A stretch of DNA of 64,000 bases, taken from contig NW_020845355.1 in the NCBI RefSeq assembly GCF_003704095.1, positions 1-64,000 of the forward strand, read 5' to 3'. Source of the stretch: Pocillopora damicornis (lineage: Eukaryota). Positions 36,945-50,038 of the stretch are shown here, piece by piece. The position numbers and the translations under genes were made by a program. Under the pieces are notes generated by a model. That model had not been told where the DNA came from, did no database searches, and saw only the letters and a program-made list of their open reading frames with translations. Position 1 is the first letter of the stretch, and each line of letters starts with the position of its first letter.

Positions 36945-38613
36945 CTTTTCTAACAAAAAGTTTGATCAATAATTTAAAATTTAAGAACGTGAATAAATAA
37001 ATCGATTGAATAAATCGATGGACAAATAATACGATAGCTAAACTGGTGGCTGCAGCCAGGTTAGAATTTCAAAAAATTTAAACCGGTAAAAGGTTGGTAA
37101 AGATGAAATAAAGGGGCTTTATTTTTGAAAGGCGGAACTGAACTGGGTTATGAAGTGGGAGAACGTGACATCATAGGGAAACCATAAAAAAAATGCAGAC
37201 TTCGAGGGCCGCGATGTTACTTTCTTCCTTCTTTCTTTCTTTTCGACTTCTTTCTCTGCAATCGCGGATTAGATGATCCTCCTCCCGATTCGTTCTATGT
37301 TAACTTCTTGGTTACCGTTAACGCAGATTCCGTTCGATAAAAAGCCGAAGAAAGCGATTGATTTATTAGAAATAACCCAGTTTACTTGTCAAGTGCGGCC
37401 GCGGCCAAGGAAAATAACAATCTTTTTTTTAACTACCTAATTCCCTAGCAAGCTCCTTCACCGCTCTCATGTTTTCGCGAAGCGGCGACGGACTTTTTTC
37501 TTTTCATTATTTATTCTTCCATTCATCGTTTTTGCACATTTTATTTCAAACCGGTACGTGATCCACTAGAGTTATTATAAAATACGACAGAAGGGCTGTT
37601 TAAAGACTCGAACAAAAATCCTTATGGCCCTTAATCTCATTGGACAGAGACTTAATGAAACTCGGAAACAGCTAGAGGGTTTTGATAAAAAATAAGCAGA
37701 ATTAAGGAAGTGAAAACAAATTTAATAATCATTTCGCTGGAACTGGTTTCATTATTCGTAACGCTTGTGCTCTTTAGACTGCATATACTTCGTTATCTAA
37801 GCTATTGTGATGAACTGGTGAAATCACTGTTACCTACTTTGGGCAAAGTAGGTAACAAGGCGAGATGAACTAGAAAAGTTCAATTTTTTTTTTATTGTTA
37901 CGGACCTTTAATGCACATTTGCAATCGAGTATGTAGCTTCAGGTCGGTCATAGGTATGATATGAATCACTTACTGTTTTCCCAGAAAAATTTACTTGCCT
38001 GCTGCAGCGTTGCCGTCTCGTCGATTCATCGTTCTCTCTTGCCGACAAAATGCAAAGATATATCTCCAATAATCGGCGATATCTCGGAGGAATGAACCAC
38101 GATATTCGGCGATAATCGATTGCATTATTTTTCATACTACTGTAATATCATATAATACAATGTCGAAATATGACCATCTAATTTTGAACTAATTTTTGCT
38201 ATTTAAAGGTTAGATACTTATATAACTGAAGGTATTCGCGGTAACAATTGAAATAAATGTAAGTTAAATTAATGAGTCAGTCAGTATTGTAGTATACGCA
38301 TCCTGATACAATCTTGTTCTACAAAAAAGAACCTGTGCTACGCCAGATATGAAAAACAATTAAAAAAACCCTCTAGTGGCACTTGACACTATATTTTGTC
38401 ATTTTGATCTCTTAATAGAATTTTGTTGTCAAAAATATTTTTAAAAGTTAAGTTATTTTCAACCCAAATCTATTATGGCAATTCCCAATTCTCTTCAGCG
38501 GTATCTTTAATCAAGCTTACTTGGCATGGAAAAAACAAGTGTTTGCTTTATACAGACAGACACCTTTATTTAATCTAAAGCTCAGGTGGTCGTTTCTGTT
38601 GCTTGAAGACTAT

Positions 38614-39115
38614 TGTTTCCCGCTTGTCTCTCTCGAGCTAAATTAGTGAAACACAATACTTTTTATCAATCCATCCGTAGGAGCCCTGTTTCCCGCTCGT
38701 CTCCATTGAGCTAAATTAGTAAAAACACAACACCCGCAATGGATGCATCAGCAGGAGCCCTGTTTCCCGCTAGTCTCTCCCGAGCTAAAGTAGTAAAACA
38801 CAACACCCCCAATCGATGCATCAGTAGAAGCCCTGTTTTCCGCTTGTTCCCCTCGAGCTAAATTAGTAAAACACAATGCCCTCCAATCAATGCATCAGTA
38901 GGAGCCCTGTTTCCCGCTTGTCTCTCTCAAGCTAAATTGGTAAAACACAACACCCCCTTAATCGATGCATCAATAGGAGCCCTGTTTCCCACTTGTCTCT
39001 CTCAAGCTAAATTAGTAAAACACAACACCCCCAATCAATCCATCAGTCGGAGCCCCGAAGACTAATTTTCCATGCTTGTCTTTCTCGAACTAGATTAATA
39101 AAACAAAACACTCCT
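38614..39115. repeat. ~74-bp minisatellite, about 7 units
   Basis: Unit ccctgtttcccgcttgtctctctcgagctaaattagtaaaacacaacacccccaatcgatgcatcagtaggag; registers at 38687, 38761, 38834, 38908, 38983. Further copies at 41016-41322 (+) and 44519-44848 (-). Confidence 0.9.
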
Positions 39116-39639
39116 AATTGAATTGTAGTTGAGGAGAACAGCATAATAATTTTTTTTTGCGCAAGATTTTCCATCCGAACGGATTTGAATTAAGTTTAAG
39201 AGACCATAGCCGATTGATCATGCGGGTATTGGGAGTCTTCGATCAATTTCTAATTTACAGAATTAATTCAGCTTTTTGCCATGAGAGTTCAAGCTTTACA
39301 TTTTTTATCTATTTATATAATAATTTATTTTTATATAAATAGATAAGAAATGGAAGCTTTTGGTTTGGAAGAGGGCTTATGCCTGCTGTTATTATTATTT
39401 TTCTCATCTCCTCAAAGTCACATTCTTTGCAAATAAACAGACCCAGGAAACTAGCATCTCATCTTTATACATTTACATAAGTTTACACTTATTCATCAGT
39501 CACAAAGGAGAAAAATCATGGACATTTCTGGGAAGCATGGAATGAAAAGTGACGAACAAGCCAAACAGCTGCAATTTTTACCAAATGCAAGAAGCCATTA
39601 ATAGCAAATAGGGTGATATTTCAGACAGCTGGAAAGCCA

Positions 39640-40656
39640 ACTACACCTCGACGTTTGTTTCGCCTGTCAAGTAACCCGTCACCCTTGTCACCAACTGAAA
39701 TGGCTTTGTTTGATGCATTCCATGCCCTTTCGTTGCGGCAACGGAGAAGTTTGCGAAATTCCCTTCTGAACTCGCCATTTGTGAAAGTGAATAAGTGGAT
39801 TTACTGAAGCACTCAGATAACAAAAAAAGACATCAATCAGTTGCACAACTCTAGGACTGGTTTCTGGGGAAAAATGCATCCAGAGTGCAAGTGCCCACAT
39901 TGGTATCCAGCAACACAAAAAGCCAGCGGCCACGAAGAACAAGACTCGACTAATGCTTATATCCCTCACTGGGCTGTCGTTCATTCTCCTGTTTGGCGAG
40001 TTCTGAAGCGTTGAAACTGTGTTCTGTTTATGCTCATGGATTTTGAAAAATATTTCGTAATAACTGAATATACCGACACACAAAGGTGAAACAAAAAGCA
40101 ATCCAATAGTGATGCAATAATGAAAGATTCGGCTTTCACTTGTTGGGTTAGCAGATGAGCACACTGCAAAGCTTTGGTTAAATTCTATTCTGATCCAATT
40201 TGTGACTCAGAAAATCAGCAGGTAAAGAATAAAGGAAAGCCACAAGCAACTCAGCCATATCTTAGATCTGCTTGGCAAAAAAATCTTATTGTAGTGGTTC
40301 GTCTTCACAATTTTCACGTAACGGTTAAACGCTGTCAAACCAAGGGTTGCCGAGGTAACATAATTGGCGAATACACCAACTGAGCCTTGAATTTGGCATA
40401 AGGTGTCGCCAAAGTCCCATCTTCCGATGATCAGCGTTGTAAACGTTAAAGGCATTTCTATTGTTGCGCACAACAGATCGCTGACTGCTAATGCAATGAT
40501 GTACAGGTTGGTGGTTGATCGCAGGTTTGGGTTTCTGTATGCTGCTATACAAACCAGACTGTTTCCAGTGATGCTTATGATACACAACACCATACACACA
40601 CTTGCCTCAGTTATGATAACAGGTAAGCCTCGACTTGGTAAGTCTAAGTTTGACAT
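39640..40656 (-). pseudogene. Family A pseudogene A7
   Basis: CGA>TGA at 40207-40209 at the end of TM4, the same frame resumes, then a 2-bp deletion after NPLI (~39790); G at 3.32. Confidence 0.88.
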
Positions 40657-42743
40657 CGTGTCTACCGATGTTTCATCCATCCGTAAAATGTTCTAGTCTC
40701 AGTTAAATAAATATCATTTCTTCGCAGGTTGTTAAGATTTTGACTAATTTATTGCTTTCAGTTAAGGCCCATGCAGGNNNNNNNNNNNNNNNNNNNNNNN
40801 NNNNNNNNNNNNNNNNNNNNNNNNNNNNNNNNNNNNNNNNNNNNNNNNNNNNNNNNNNNNNNNNNNNNNNNNNNNNNCATTTTGGTCTCTTAATAGAATT
40901 TTGTTGTGAAAAATCAAGCTTATTTGGCATGGAAAAAACAAGTGTTTTCGTTACACAGACAGACACCTTTATTTAATTTAAGGCTCAGGTGGTCGTTTCA
41001 GTTGCTTGAAGACTATTGTTTCTCGCTTGTCTCTCTCGAGCTAAATTAGTGAAACACAATACTTTCGATCAATCCATNNNNNNNNNNNNNNNNNNNNNNN
41101 NNNNNNNNNNNNNNNNNNNNNNNNNNNNNNNNNNNNNNNNNNNNNNNNNNNNNNNNNNNNNNNNNNNNNNNATGCCCTCCAATCGATGCATCAGTAGGAG
41201 CCCTGTTTCTCGCTTGTCTCTCCCGAGCTAAACTGGTAAAACACAATACCCTCAATCGATGTATCAACAGGAGCCCTGTTTCCCACTTGTCCCTCTTGAA
41301 CTAAATTAGTAAAACACAGCACNNNNNNNNNNNNNNNNNNNNNNNNNNNNNNNNNNNNNNNNNNNNNNNNNNNNNNNNNNNNNNNNNNNNNNNNNNNNNN
41401 NNNNNNNNNNNNNNNNNNNNNNNNNNNNNNNNNNNNNNNNNNNNNNNNNNNNNNNNNNNNNNNNNNNNNNNNNNNNNNNNNNNNNNNNNNNNNNNNNNNN
41501 NNNNNNNNNNNNNNNNNNNNNNNNNNNNNNNNNNNNNNNNNNNNNNNNNNAAAAAAACCTAATTGAATTGTAGTTGAGGAGAGCAGCATAATAATTTTTT
41601 TTGGCGCAAGATTTTCCATCTAAATGGATTTGAATTAAGTTTAAGAGACCATAGCTGATTGGTAATGCGGGTATCGGGATTCTTCGATCGATTTCTANNN
41701 NNNNNNNTTAATTTAGCTTTTTGCCATGACAGCTCAAGCTTTACATTTTTTATCTATTTACATAATAATTTATCATTATGTAAATAGATGAAAAATGTGA
41801 GCTTTTGGTTTGGAAGTGGGGCTCATGTNNNNNNNNNNNNNNNNNNNNNNNNNNNNNNCAAAGTTACATTCTTTGCAAATAAACAGACCCAAAAAATTAG
41901 CAACTCATCTTTATACATTTATACACTTATTCATTAGTCACAAAGGATAAAAAAAAAATCATGGACATTTCTGGAAAGCATGGAAAGAAAAGTGACGAAC
42001 AAGCTAAACAGCTGTANNNNNNNNNNAATGCAAGAAGCCATTTTCTTAAAATGAATTTAAAGAACAAAAAGAAACAAAACAGAGTAATGGAACAAACATA
42101 AAAAGTCAGTATAGAAAAATGAACATCTAGTGCTGACGGAACGGAATAGATCGAAAGAGTAACAACGACAACAGCAATAAAAAAAATCCNNNNNNNNNNN
42201 NNNNNNNNNNNNNNNNNNNNNNNNNNNNNNNNNNNNNNNNNNNNNNNNNNNNNNNNNNNNNNNNNNNNNNNNNNNNNNNNNNNNNNNNNNNNNNNNNNNN
42301 NNNNNNNNNNNNNNNNNNNNNNNNNNNNNNNNNNNNNNNNNNNNNNNNNNNNNNNNNNNNNNNNNNNNNNNNNNNNNNNNNNNNNNNNNNNNNNNNNNNN
42401 NNNNNNNNNNNNNNNNNNNNNNNNNNNNNNNNNNNNNNNNNNNNNNNNNNNNNNNNNNNNNNNNNNNNNNNNNNNNNNNNNNNNNNNNNNNNNNNNNNNN
42501 NNNNNNNNNNNNNNNNNNNNNNNNNNNNNNNNNNNNNNNNNNNNNNNNNNNNNNNNNNNNNNNNNNNNNNNNNNNNNNNNNNNNNNNNNNNNNNNNNNNN
42601 NNNNNNNNNNNNNNNNNNNNNNNNNNNNNNNNNNNNNNNNNNNNNNNNNNNNNNNNNNNNNNNNNNNNNNNNNNNNNNNNNNNNNNNNNNNNNNNNNNNN
42701 NNNNNNNNNNNNNNNNNNNNNNNNNNNNNNNNNNNNNNNNNNN

Positions 42744-42890
42744 AAGGAAAGCCACAACAACAAAGCATCGTAACTTTGGGTTTCTGCATGCTGCTATACA
42801 AACCAGACTGTTTCCACTGATGCTTATGATACACAATACCATTCACACACTTGCCTCAGTTATGATAACAGGTAAGCCTCGACTTGGTAA
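42744..42890 (-). pseudogene. Family A fragment A8 (duplicate of A7 locus) with internal deletion of TM2-TM3
   Basis: TM1 sequence ...CRNPKLR is joined through a few filler bases directly to TM4 DNA ttgtggctttcctt; the upstream flank 43040-43144 matches 40670-40777. Confidence 0.7.
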
Positions 42891-45800
42891 NNNNNNNNNN
42901 NNNNNNNNNNNNNNNNNNNNNNNNNNNNNATAGATAAATACGCAAATTTATGAATAAATATATAGACAGATTTATCAGTAATATACAGGTAATAAAATTA
43001 AACACCCAGTGGATACACGAGTCTATGGTGTTCTTTGTTTCATTCATCCGTAAAATGTTCTAGTCTCAGTTAAATACATATCATTTCTTGGCAGGTTGTT
43101 AAGATTTTGACTAATTTATTGCTTTCAGTTAAGGCCCATGCAGGNNNNNNNNNNNNNNNNNNNNNNNNNNNNNNNNNNNNNNNNNNNNNNNNNNNNNNNN
43201 NNNNNNNNNNNNNNNNNNNNNNNNNNNNNNNNNNNNNNNNNNNNTCTTTTGAACGCCGGACGGAATTTTTATTTTGTTATTTCTTTTTCTTGTCGATTTC
43301 GTGGTTCGATCTCTTTGGTTTTGTTTTGAATTGAGTAATTTTTTGGGGGGTTGTTTGGTTACGTNNNNNNNNNNNNNNNNNNNNNNNNNNNNNNNNNNNN
43401 NNNNNNNNNNNNNNNNNNNNNNNNNNNNNNNNNNNNNNNNNNNNNNNNNNNNNNNNNNNNNNNNNNNNNNNNNNNNNNNNNNNNNNNNNNNNNNNNNNNN
43501 NNNNNNNNNNNNNNNNNNNNNNNNNNNNNNNNNNNNNNNNNNNNNNNNNNNNNNNNNNNNNNNNNNNNNNNNNNNNNNNNNNNNNNNNNNNNNNNNNNNN
43601 NNNNNNNNNNNNNNNNNNNNNNNNNNNNNNNNNNNNNNNNNNNNNNNNNNNNNNNNNNNNNNNNNNNNNNNNNNNNNNNNNNNNNNNNNNNNNNNNNNNN
43701 NNNNNNNNNNNNNNNNNNNNNNNNNNNNNNNNNNNNNNNNNNNNNNNNNNNNNNNNNNNNNNNNNNNNNNNNNNNNNNNNNNNNNNNNNNNNNNNNNNNN
43801 NNNNNNNNNNNNNNNNNNNNNNNNNNNNNNNNNNNNNNNNNNNNNNNNNNNNNNNNNNNNNNNNNNNNNNNNNNNNNNNNNNNNNNNNNNNNNNNNNNNN
43901 NNNNNNNNNNNNNNNNNNNNNNNNNNNNNNNNNNNNNNNNNNNNNNNNNNNNNNNNNNNNNNNNNNNNNNNNNNNNNNNNNNNNNNNNNNNNNNNNNNNN
44001 NNNNNNNNNNNNNNNNNNNNNNNNNNNNNNNATTCAAGCGATGAGGTCGACTGGTCATGCGGGATCTTATAAAGCATGATGCTCTGCCGTGATGAGTTGT
44101 TTTTTTTTTTCAACAACTCTATGATAATAATAAATTATCATATAAATAGATAAAAGATGTCAAGCTTAAGCTGTAATGGGAAAAAGCTAAATTAATTCTG
44201 TAAATTAGAAATCGANNNNNNNNNNNNNNNNNNNNNNNNNNNNNNNNNNNNNNNNNNNNNNNNNNNNNNNNNNNNNNNNNNNNNNNNNNNNNNNNNNNNN
44301 NNNNNNNNNNNNNNNNNNNNNNNNNNNNNNNNNNNNNNNNNNNNNNNNNNNNNNNNNNNNNNNNNNNNNNNNNNNNNNNNNNNNNNNNNNNNNNNNNNNN
44401 NNNNNNNNNNNNNNNNNNNNNNNNNNNNNNNNNNNNNNNNNNNNNNNNNNNNNNNNNNNNNNNNNNNNNNNNNNNNNNNNNNNNNNNNNNNNNNNNNTCC
44501 TCAACTACAATTCAATTAGGAGTGTTTTCTTTTATTAATCTAGTTCGAGAGGGACAAGCATGGAAAATTAGTCTTCAGGGCTCCTACTGATGGATTAATT
44601 GGGGGTACNNNNNNNNNNNNNNNNNNNNNNNNNNNNNNNNNNNNNNNNNNNNNNNNNNNNNNNNNNNNNNNNNNNNNNNNNNNNNNNNNNNNNNNNNNNN
44701 NNNNNAATTTAGCTCGAGGGAAACAAGCGGAAAAAAGGGCTCCTACTGATGGATTGATTGGGGGTGCTGTGTTTTACTAATTTAGCTCGGGAGAGACTAG
44801 CGGGAAACAGGGCTCCTGCTGATGCATCGACTGGGGTATTGTTTTTTANNNNNNNNNNNNNNNNNNNNNNNNNNNNNNNNNNNNNNNNNNNNNNNNNNNN
44901 NNNNNNNNNNNNNNNNNNNNNNNNNNNNNNNNNNNNNNNNNNNNNNNNNNNNNNNNNNNNNNNNNNNNNNNNNNNNNNNNNNNNNNNNNNNNNNNNNNNN
45001 NNNNNNNNNNNNNNNATACCACTGAAGAGAATTGAGAGTTGCCATAATAGATTTGTATTGAAAATAACTTTACTTTTAAAAATATTTTGTATACGTATCG
45101 AGTCAAGCCCAATTGCCTGTTTTAATAATTAGANNNNNNNNNNNNNNNNNNNNNNNNNNNNNNNNNNNNNNNNNNNNNNNNNNNNNNNNNNNNNNNNNNN
45201 NNNNNNNNNNNNNNNNNNNNNNNNNNNNNNNNNNNNNNNNNNNNNNNNNNNNNNNNNNNNNNNNNNNNNNNNNNNNNNNNNNNNNNNNNNNNNNNNNNNN
45301 NNNNNNNNNNNNNNNNNNNNNNNNNNNNNNNNNNNNNNNNNNNNNNNNNNNNNNNNNNNNNNNNNNNNNNNNNNNNNNNNNNNNNNNNNNNNNNNNNNNN
45401 NNNNNNNNNNNNNNNNNNNNNNNNNNNNNNNNNNNNNNNNNNNNNNNNNNNNNNNNNNNNNNNNNNNNNNNNNNNNNNNNNNNNNNNNNNNNNNNNNNNN
45501 NNNNNNNNNNNNNNNNNNNNNNNNNNNNNNNNNNNNNNNNNNNNNNNNNNNNNNGCACACTGTCAAGGAAGAAAACAACAACACGAGCTCTCTAGAGAAT
45601 TAAACTGCTACTAAGCTATTTTACCGTCAACTAAGTATTTCACTTACTTTAACGTGAGATGATTTCANNNNNNNNNNNNNNNNNNNNNNNNNNNNNNNNN
45701 NNNNNNNNNNNNNNNNNNNNNNNNNNNNNNNNNNNNNNNNNNNNNNNNNNNNNNNNNNNNNNNNNNNNNNNNNNNNNNNNNNNNNNNNNNNNNNNNNNNN

Positions 45801-46920
45801 NNNNNNNNNNNNNNNNNNNNNNNNNNNNNNNNNNNNNNNNNNNNNNNNNNNNNNNNNNNNNNNNNNNNNNNNNNNNNNNNNNNNNNNNNNNNNNNNNNNN
45901 NNNNNNNNNNNNNNNNNNNNNNNNNNNNNNNNNNNNNNNNNNNNNNNNNNNNNNNNNNNNNNNNNNNNNNNNNNNNNNNNNNNNNNNNNNNNNNNNNNNN
46001 NNNNNNNNNNNNNNNNNNNNNNNNNNNNNNNNNNNNNNNNNNNNNNNNNNNNNNNNNNNNNNNNNNNNNNNNNNNNNNNNNNNNNNNNNNNNNNNNNNNN
46101 NNNNNNNNNNNNNNNNNATAACTTTACCAAGCACCCTACGTTACTAAAAAATCTTTTAACAGTGGGAAATTGGAGGCAAAAAAATTATCACACTAATAGG
46201 TTAGTTGAGACTCCCGTTGTACATAAATTAAATTATCAATTNNNNNNNNNNNNNNNNNNNNNNNNNNNCTGATTAGCCATACAATGGATAGGCCTGGAAA
46301 CTATTTAAATAATCACTGGTGGGGGTGACACGGATGCAATCTGGCCGCTATCCAAGAGAAACAAACATCTGCTGGTAGTTGCGTGATTGAGAATTATTGC
46401 AACCAGCCTTCTTTGTCACCTGTCNNNNNNNNNNNNNNNNNNNNNNNNNNNNNNNNNNNNNNNNNNNNNNNNNNNNNNNNNNNNNNNNNNNNNNNNNNNN
46501 NNNNNNNNNNNNNNNNNNNNNNNNNNNNNNNNNNNNNNNNNNNNNNNNNNNNNNNNNNNNNNNNNNNNNNNNNNNNNNNNNNNNNNNNNNNNNNNNNNNN
46601 NNNNNNNNNNNNNNNNNNNNNNNNNNNNNNNNNNNNNNNNNNNNNNNNNNNNNNNNNNNNNNNNNNNNNNNNNNNNNNNNNNNNNNNNNNNNNNTGGCTT
46701 TGGAACGCTTTTGCGGACACTGGGTGTTACCATTAAAAAAAATATTAAGACACCTCAAAGTGTACCGTGTAAAATAAGGTAAGATAAGGTAAAGATTTAT
46801 TATTACGTCTCTACATATTTNNNNNNNNNNNNNNNNNNNNNNNNNNNNNNNNNNNNNNNNNNNNNNNNNNNNNNNNNNNNNNNNNNNNNNNNNNNNNNNN
46901 NNNNNNNNNNNNNNNNNNNN

Positions 46921-47210
46921 AGTCTTTTTACATAGTCGCTTAAAATTATATTGCAAATATCTTCCTTTTTTCTTCCCTTTTGATGTTTTCAGAAATTTTG
47001 TCCAAATCACGCGACATATTGCAAAGAATCACGCACCAAAACACTGCATTTTGACATATGCTAATATGCTTCTGCCACACCAACGCGACATATTGTAAAG
47101 AATCACGCACCAAAACACTGCATTTTGACATATGCTAATATACCTCTGCGACACCAACATGGCGGACGCCTAATTTGCATATGCTGTGACGTCACGTGAA
47201 AACCAAGAAT
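46921..47210. mobile_element. End of an inserted element containing a 74-bp tandem duplication
   Basis: Ends ...gacgtcacgtgaaaaccaagaata where homology to the duplicate at 46287 begins; two 74-bp units at 47009 and 47083. Confidence 0.5.
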
Positions 47211-49025
47211 AGATAGGCCTGGAAAATATTGATATAATCACTGGTGGACTGATGGAGATGACACAAATGGAATTTGGCCGCTTTCCAAGAGAAACAAACA
47301 TCCGCTGGTAGTTGCGTGATTGAGAATTATTGCAACCAGCCTTCTTTCTCACCTGTCACTTTTTAAGATAATAATATTGAATCATTCAGCAATCCCTCTA
47401 AATTTCTCGACTGGCTTTGGAACGCTTTTGCGGACACTGGGTGTTACCATTAAAAAAAATATTAAAACACCTCAAAATATACTGCGTAACTTAGGTAAGA
47501 TAAGTTAAAGTTTTATTATTACGTCTCTACATATTTTTGACCACACCTGAAGAGGGTTTTTTTTAATTGTTTTTCATATCTGGCGTAGCACAGGTTCTTT
47601 TTGTAGAACCCTTAATTTTCAAATATAGGATGCGTATACTACAATACTGACTGACTCATTAATTTAACTTAAATTTATTTCAATTGTTACCGCGAATACC
47701 TTCGGTTATATAAGTGTCTAACCTTTAAATAGCAAGAATTAGTTCAAAATTAAATTAGATGGTCATATTTCGACAATAGTATTATATGATATTACAGTAG
47801 TATAAAAAATAATGCAATCAATTATCGCCGAATATCGTGATTCATTCCTCCGAGATATCGCCGATTACTGGAGATATATCTTTGCATTTTGTCACCAAGA
47901 GAGAACGATAAATCGACGAGACGACAACGCTTCAGCAGGCAAGTAAATTTTTCTGGGAAAACAGTAAGTGATTCATATCATACCTACGACCGACCTGAAG
48001 CTATATACTCGATTGCAAATGTGCATTAAAGGTCCGTAACAATAAAAAAAAATTGCTCTTTTTGGTTCATCTCGCCTTCGTCAATCAAAAGCACTTTGCC
48101 CAAAGAAGGTTACAGTGATTTCACCAGTTCATCACAATAGCTTAGATAACGAAGTATATGCAGTCTAAAGAGCAGAAGCGTTACGAATAATGAAACCAAT
48201 TCCAGCGAAATGATTATTAAATTTGTTATCACTTCCTTAATTCTGCTTATTTTTATAAAAACCCTCTAGCTGTTTCCGAGTTTCATTAAGACTCTGTCCA
48301 ATGAAATTAAGGGCCATAAGGATTTTTGTTCGAGTCTTTAAACAGCCCCCCTGTCGTATTTTATAATAACTCTAGTGGATCACGTACCGGTTTGAAATAA
48401 AATGTGCAAAACGATGAATAAAAGATTAAATAATGAAAAGAAAAAAATCCGTCGCCGCTTCGCGAAAACCTGAGAGCGGTGAAGGAGCTTGCTAGGGACT
48501 TAGGTAGTTAAAAAAAGGATTGTTATTTTCCTTGGCCGCGGCTGCACTTGACAAGTAAACCGGGTTATTTCTAATAAATCAATGGCTTTTTTCGGCTTTT
48601 TATCGAACGGAAGCTGCGTTAACGGTAACCAAGAAGCTAACGTAGAACGAATCGGAAGGAGGATCATCTAATCCGTGATTGCAGAGAAAGAAGTCGAAAA
48701 GAAAGAAAGAAGGAAGAAAATAACATCGTGGCCCTCGAAGTCTTTTTGGTTTCCCTATGATGTCACGTTCTCCCACTTCATAACCCAGTTCAGTTCCGCC
48801 TTTCAAAAATAAAGCCCCTTTATTTCATCTTAACCAACCTTTTACCGGGTTAAATTTTTTTAAATTTTAACCAGGTTTCTAAAAAATAACTCAATTAACT
48901 ATCTTATTGCGGCTGCAGCCACAAGTTTAGCTATCATATTATTTGTCCATCGATTTATTCAATCGATTTATTTATTCATACGTTCTTAAATTTTAAATTA
49001 TTAATCAAACTTTTTGGTAGAAAAG

Positions 49026-50038
49026 ATGTCAAACCTAGAGTTACCAAGCCGAAGCTTACTTGTTTTCATAACCGAGGCAAGTGTTTATATTGCATTGAGC
49101 CTCACAAGCATCATTGGAAACAGTCTGGTTTGTGTGGCAACATACAGAAACTCAAACCTGCGATCAACCACCAACCTGTACATCATAGCTTTAGCGGTAA
49201 GTGATCTGCTGTGTGGAATAGTAGATATGCCGTTAGCTTCTACCACGCTGATCATTAAAAGATAGGTCTTTGGCGACGCCTTATGCCAATTTCAAGGCTC
49301 AGTTACTGAATTTACCTATTATTTTACCCCAGCGACCCTTGGTTTGACAGCGTTTAACCGCTACGTGAAAATTGTAAAGACAAGCCATTACAAGAAGATG
49401 TTTTCGTCCCAAAGATCTAAGATATGGTTGAGTTGCTTGTGACTTTCCTTTGCACTTTACCTGCTCATTGTCCGAGTCACAGATTGGTTGCGAATTGAAT
49501 TTATGCAAAGCTACGCAGTGTGCGTCTTTGCTTTCCCAACCAGTGAAAGTCAAATCGTTCATTATTGCACCACTTTCGGATTACTTTTTGTTTTACCGTT
49601 GTTTGTCGGCATTTTCAGTTATTATAAGATATTTCTCAAAACCAATGAGCATCAACATAGTGTAGTCTCATCGCTACAGAACGGGAGTGAAAATGGTTCA
49701 GTAACCAACTAAGTGAGAGAAGTAAAGCTTACTTGAATGTTGGTCCTTGTGGCAGCGGGATTTTTGTGTTGCTGGATACCAATGTGGGTATTTGTCCTCT
49801 GGTTTCGTTTTTTCCCTGAAACCAGCTCAAGAATTTCAGAATTGCTTGTCACTTTTTTATTTTATTTGAGTGTTTCAATCAATCCTATATTTACGCTTTC
49901 ACAAATGGCGAGTTCTGAAGGGGATTTCGCAAACTGCTCTGTTGCCGCCGTGAAAGGTCAAGAATTGTGCCAAAGAAAGCTGCTGCGTTTACTAACAACG
50001 ATCTCGTCGAACGAGAGGAACAAGAAGCAAACTTTTAA
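49026..50038 (+). pseudogene. Family A pseudogene A9 (inverted duplicate of A6)
   Basis: Stops TAG 49263-49265, TGA ~49440, TAA 49710-49712, TGA 49734-49736; frameshift in NPIIY at ~49888. Confidence 0.9.

Noticed and set aside
38614-39115. CRISPR-like array
   Set aside because: Head-to-tail degenerate units with no unique spacers, no cas genes, eukaryotic context.
40207-40209. Stop-codon readthrough or selenocysteine rescue of A7
   Set aside because: It is a simple CGA>TGA CpG transition, and A7 also has a TM7 frameshift and a deleted acceptor tract.
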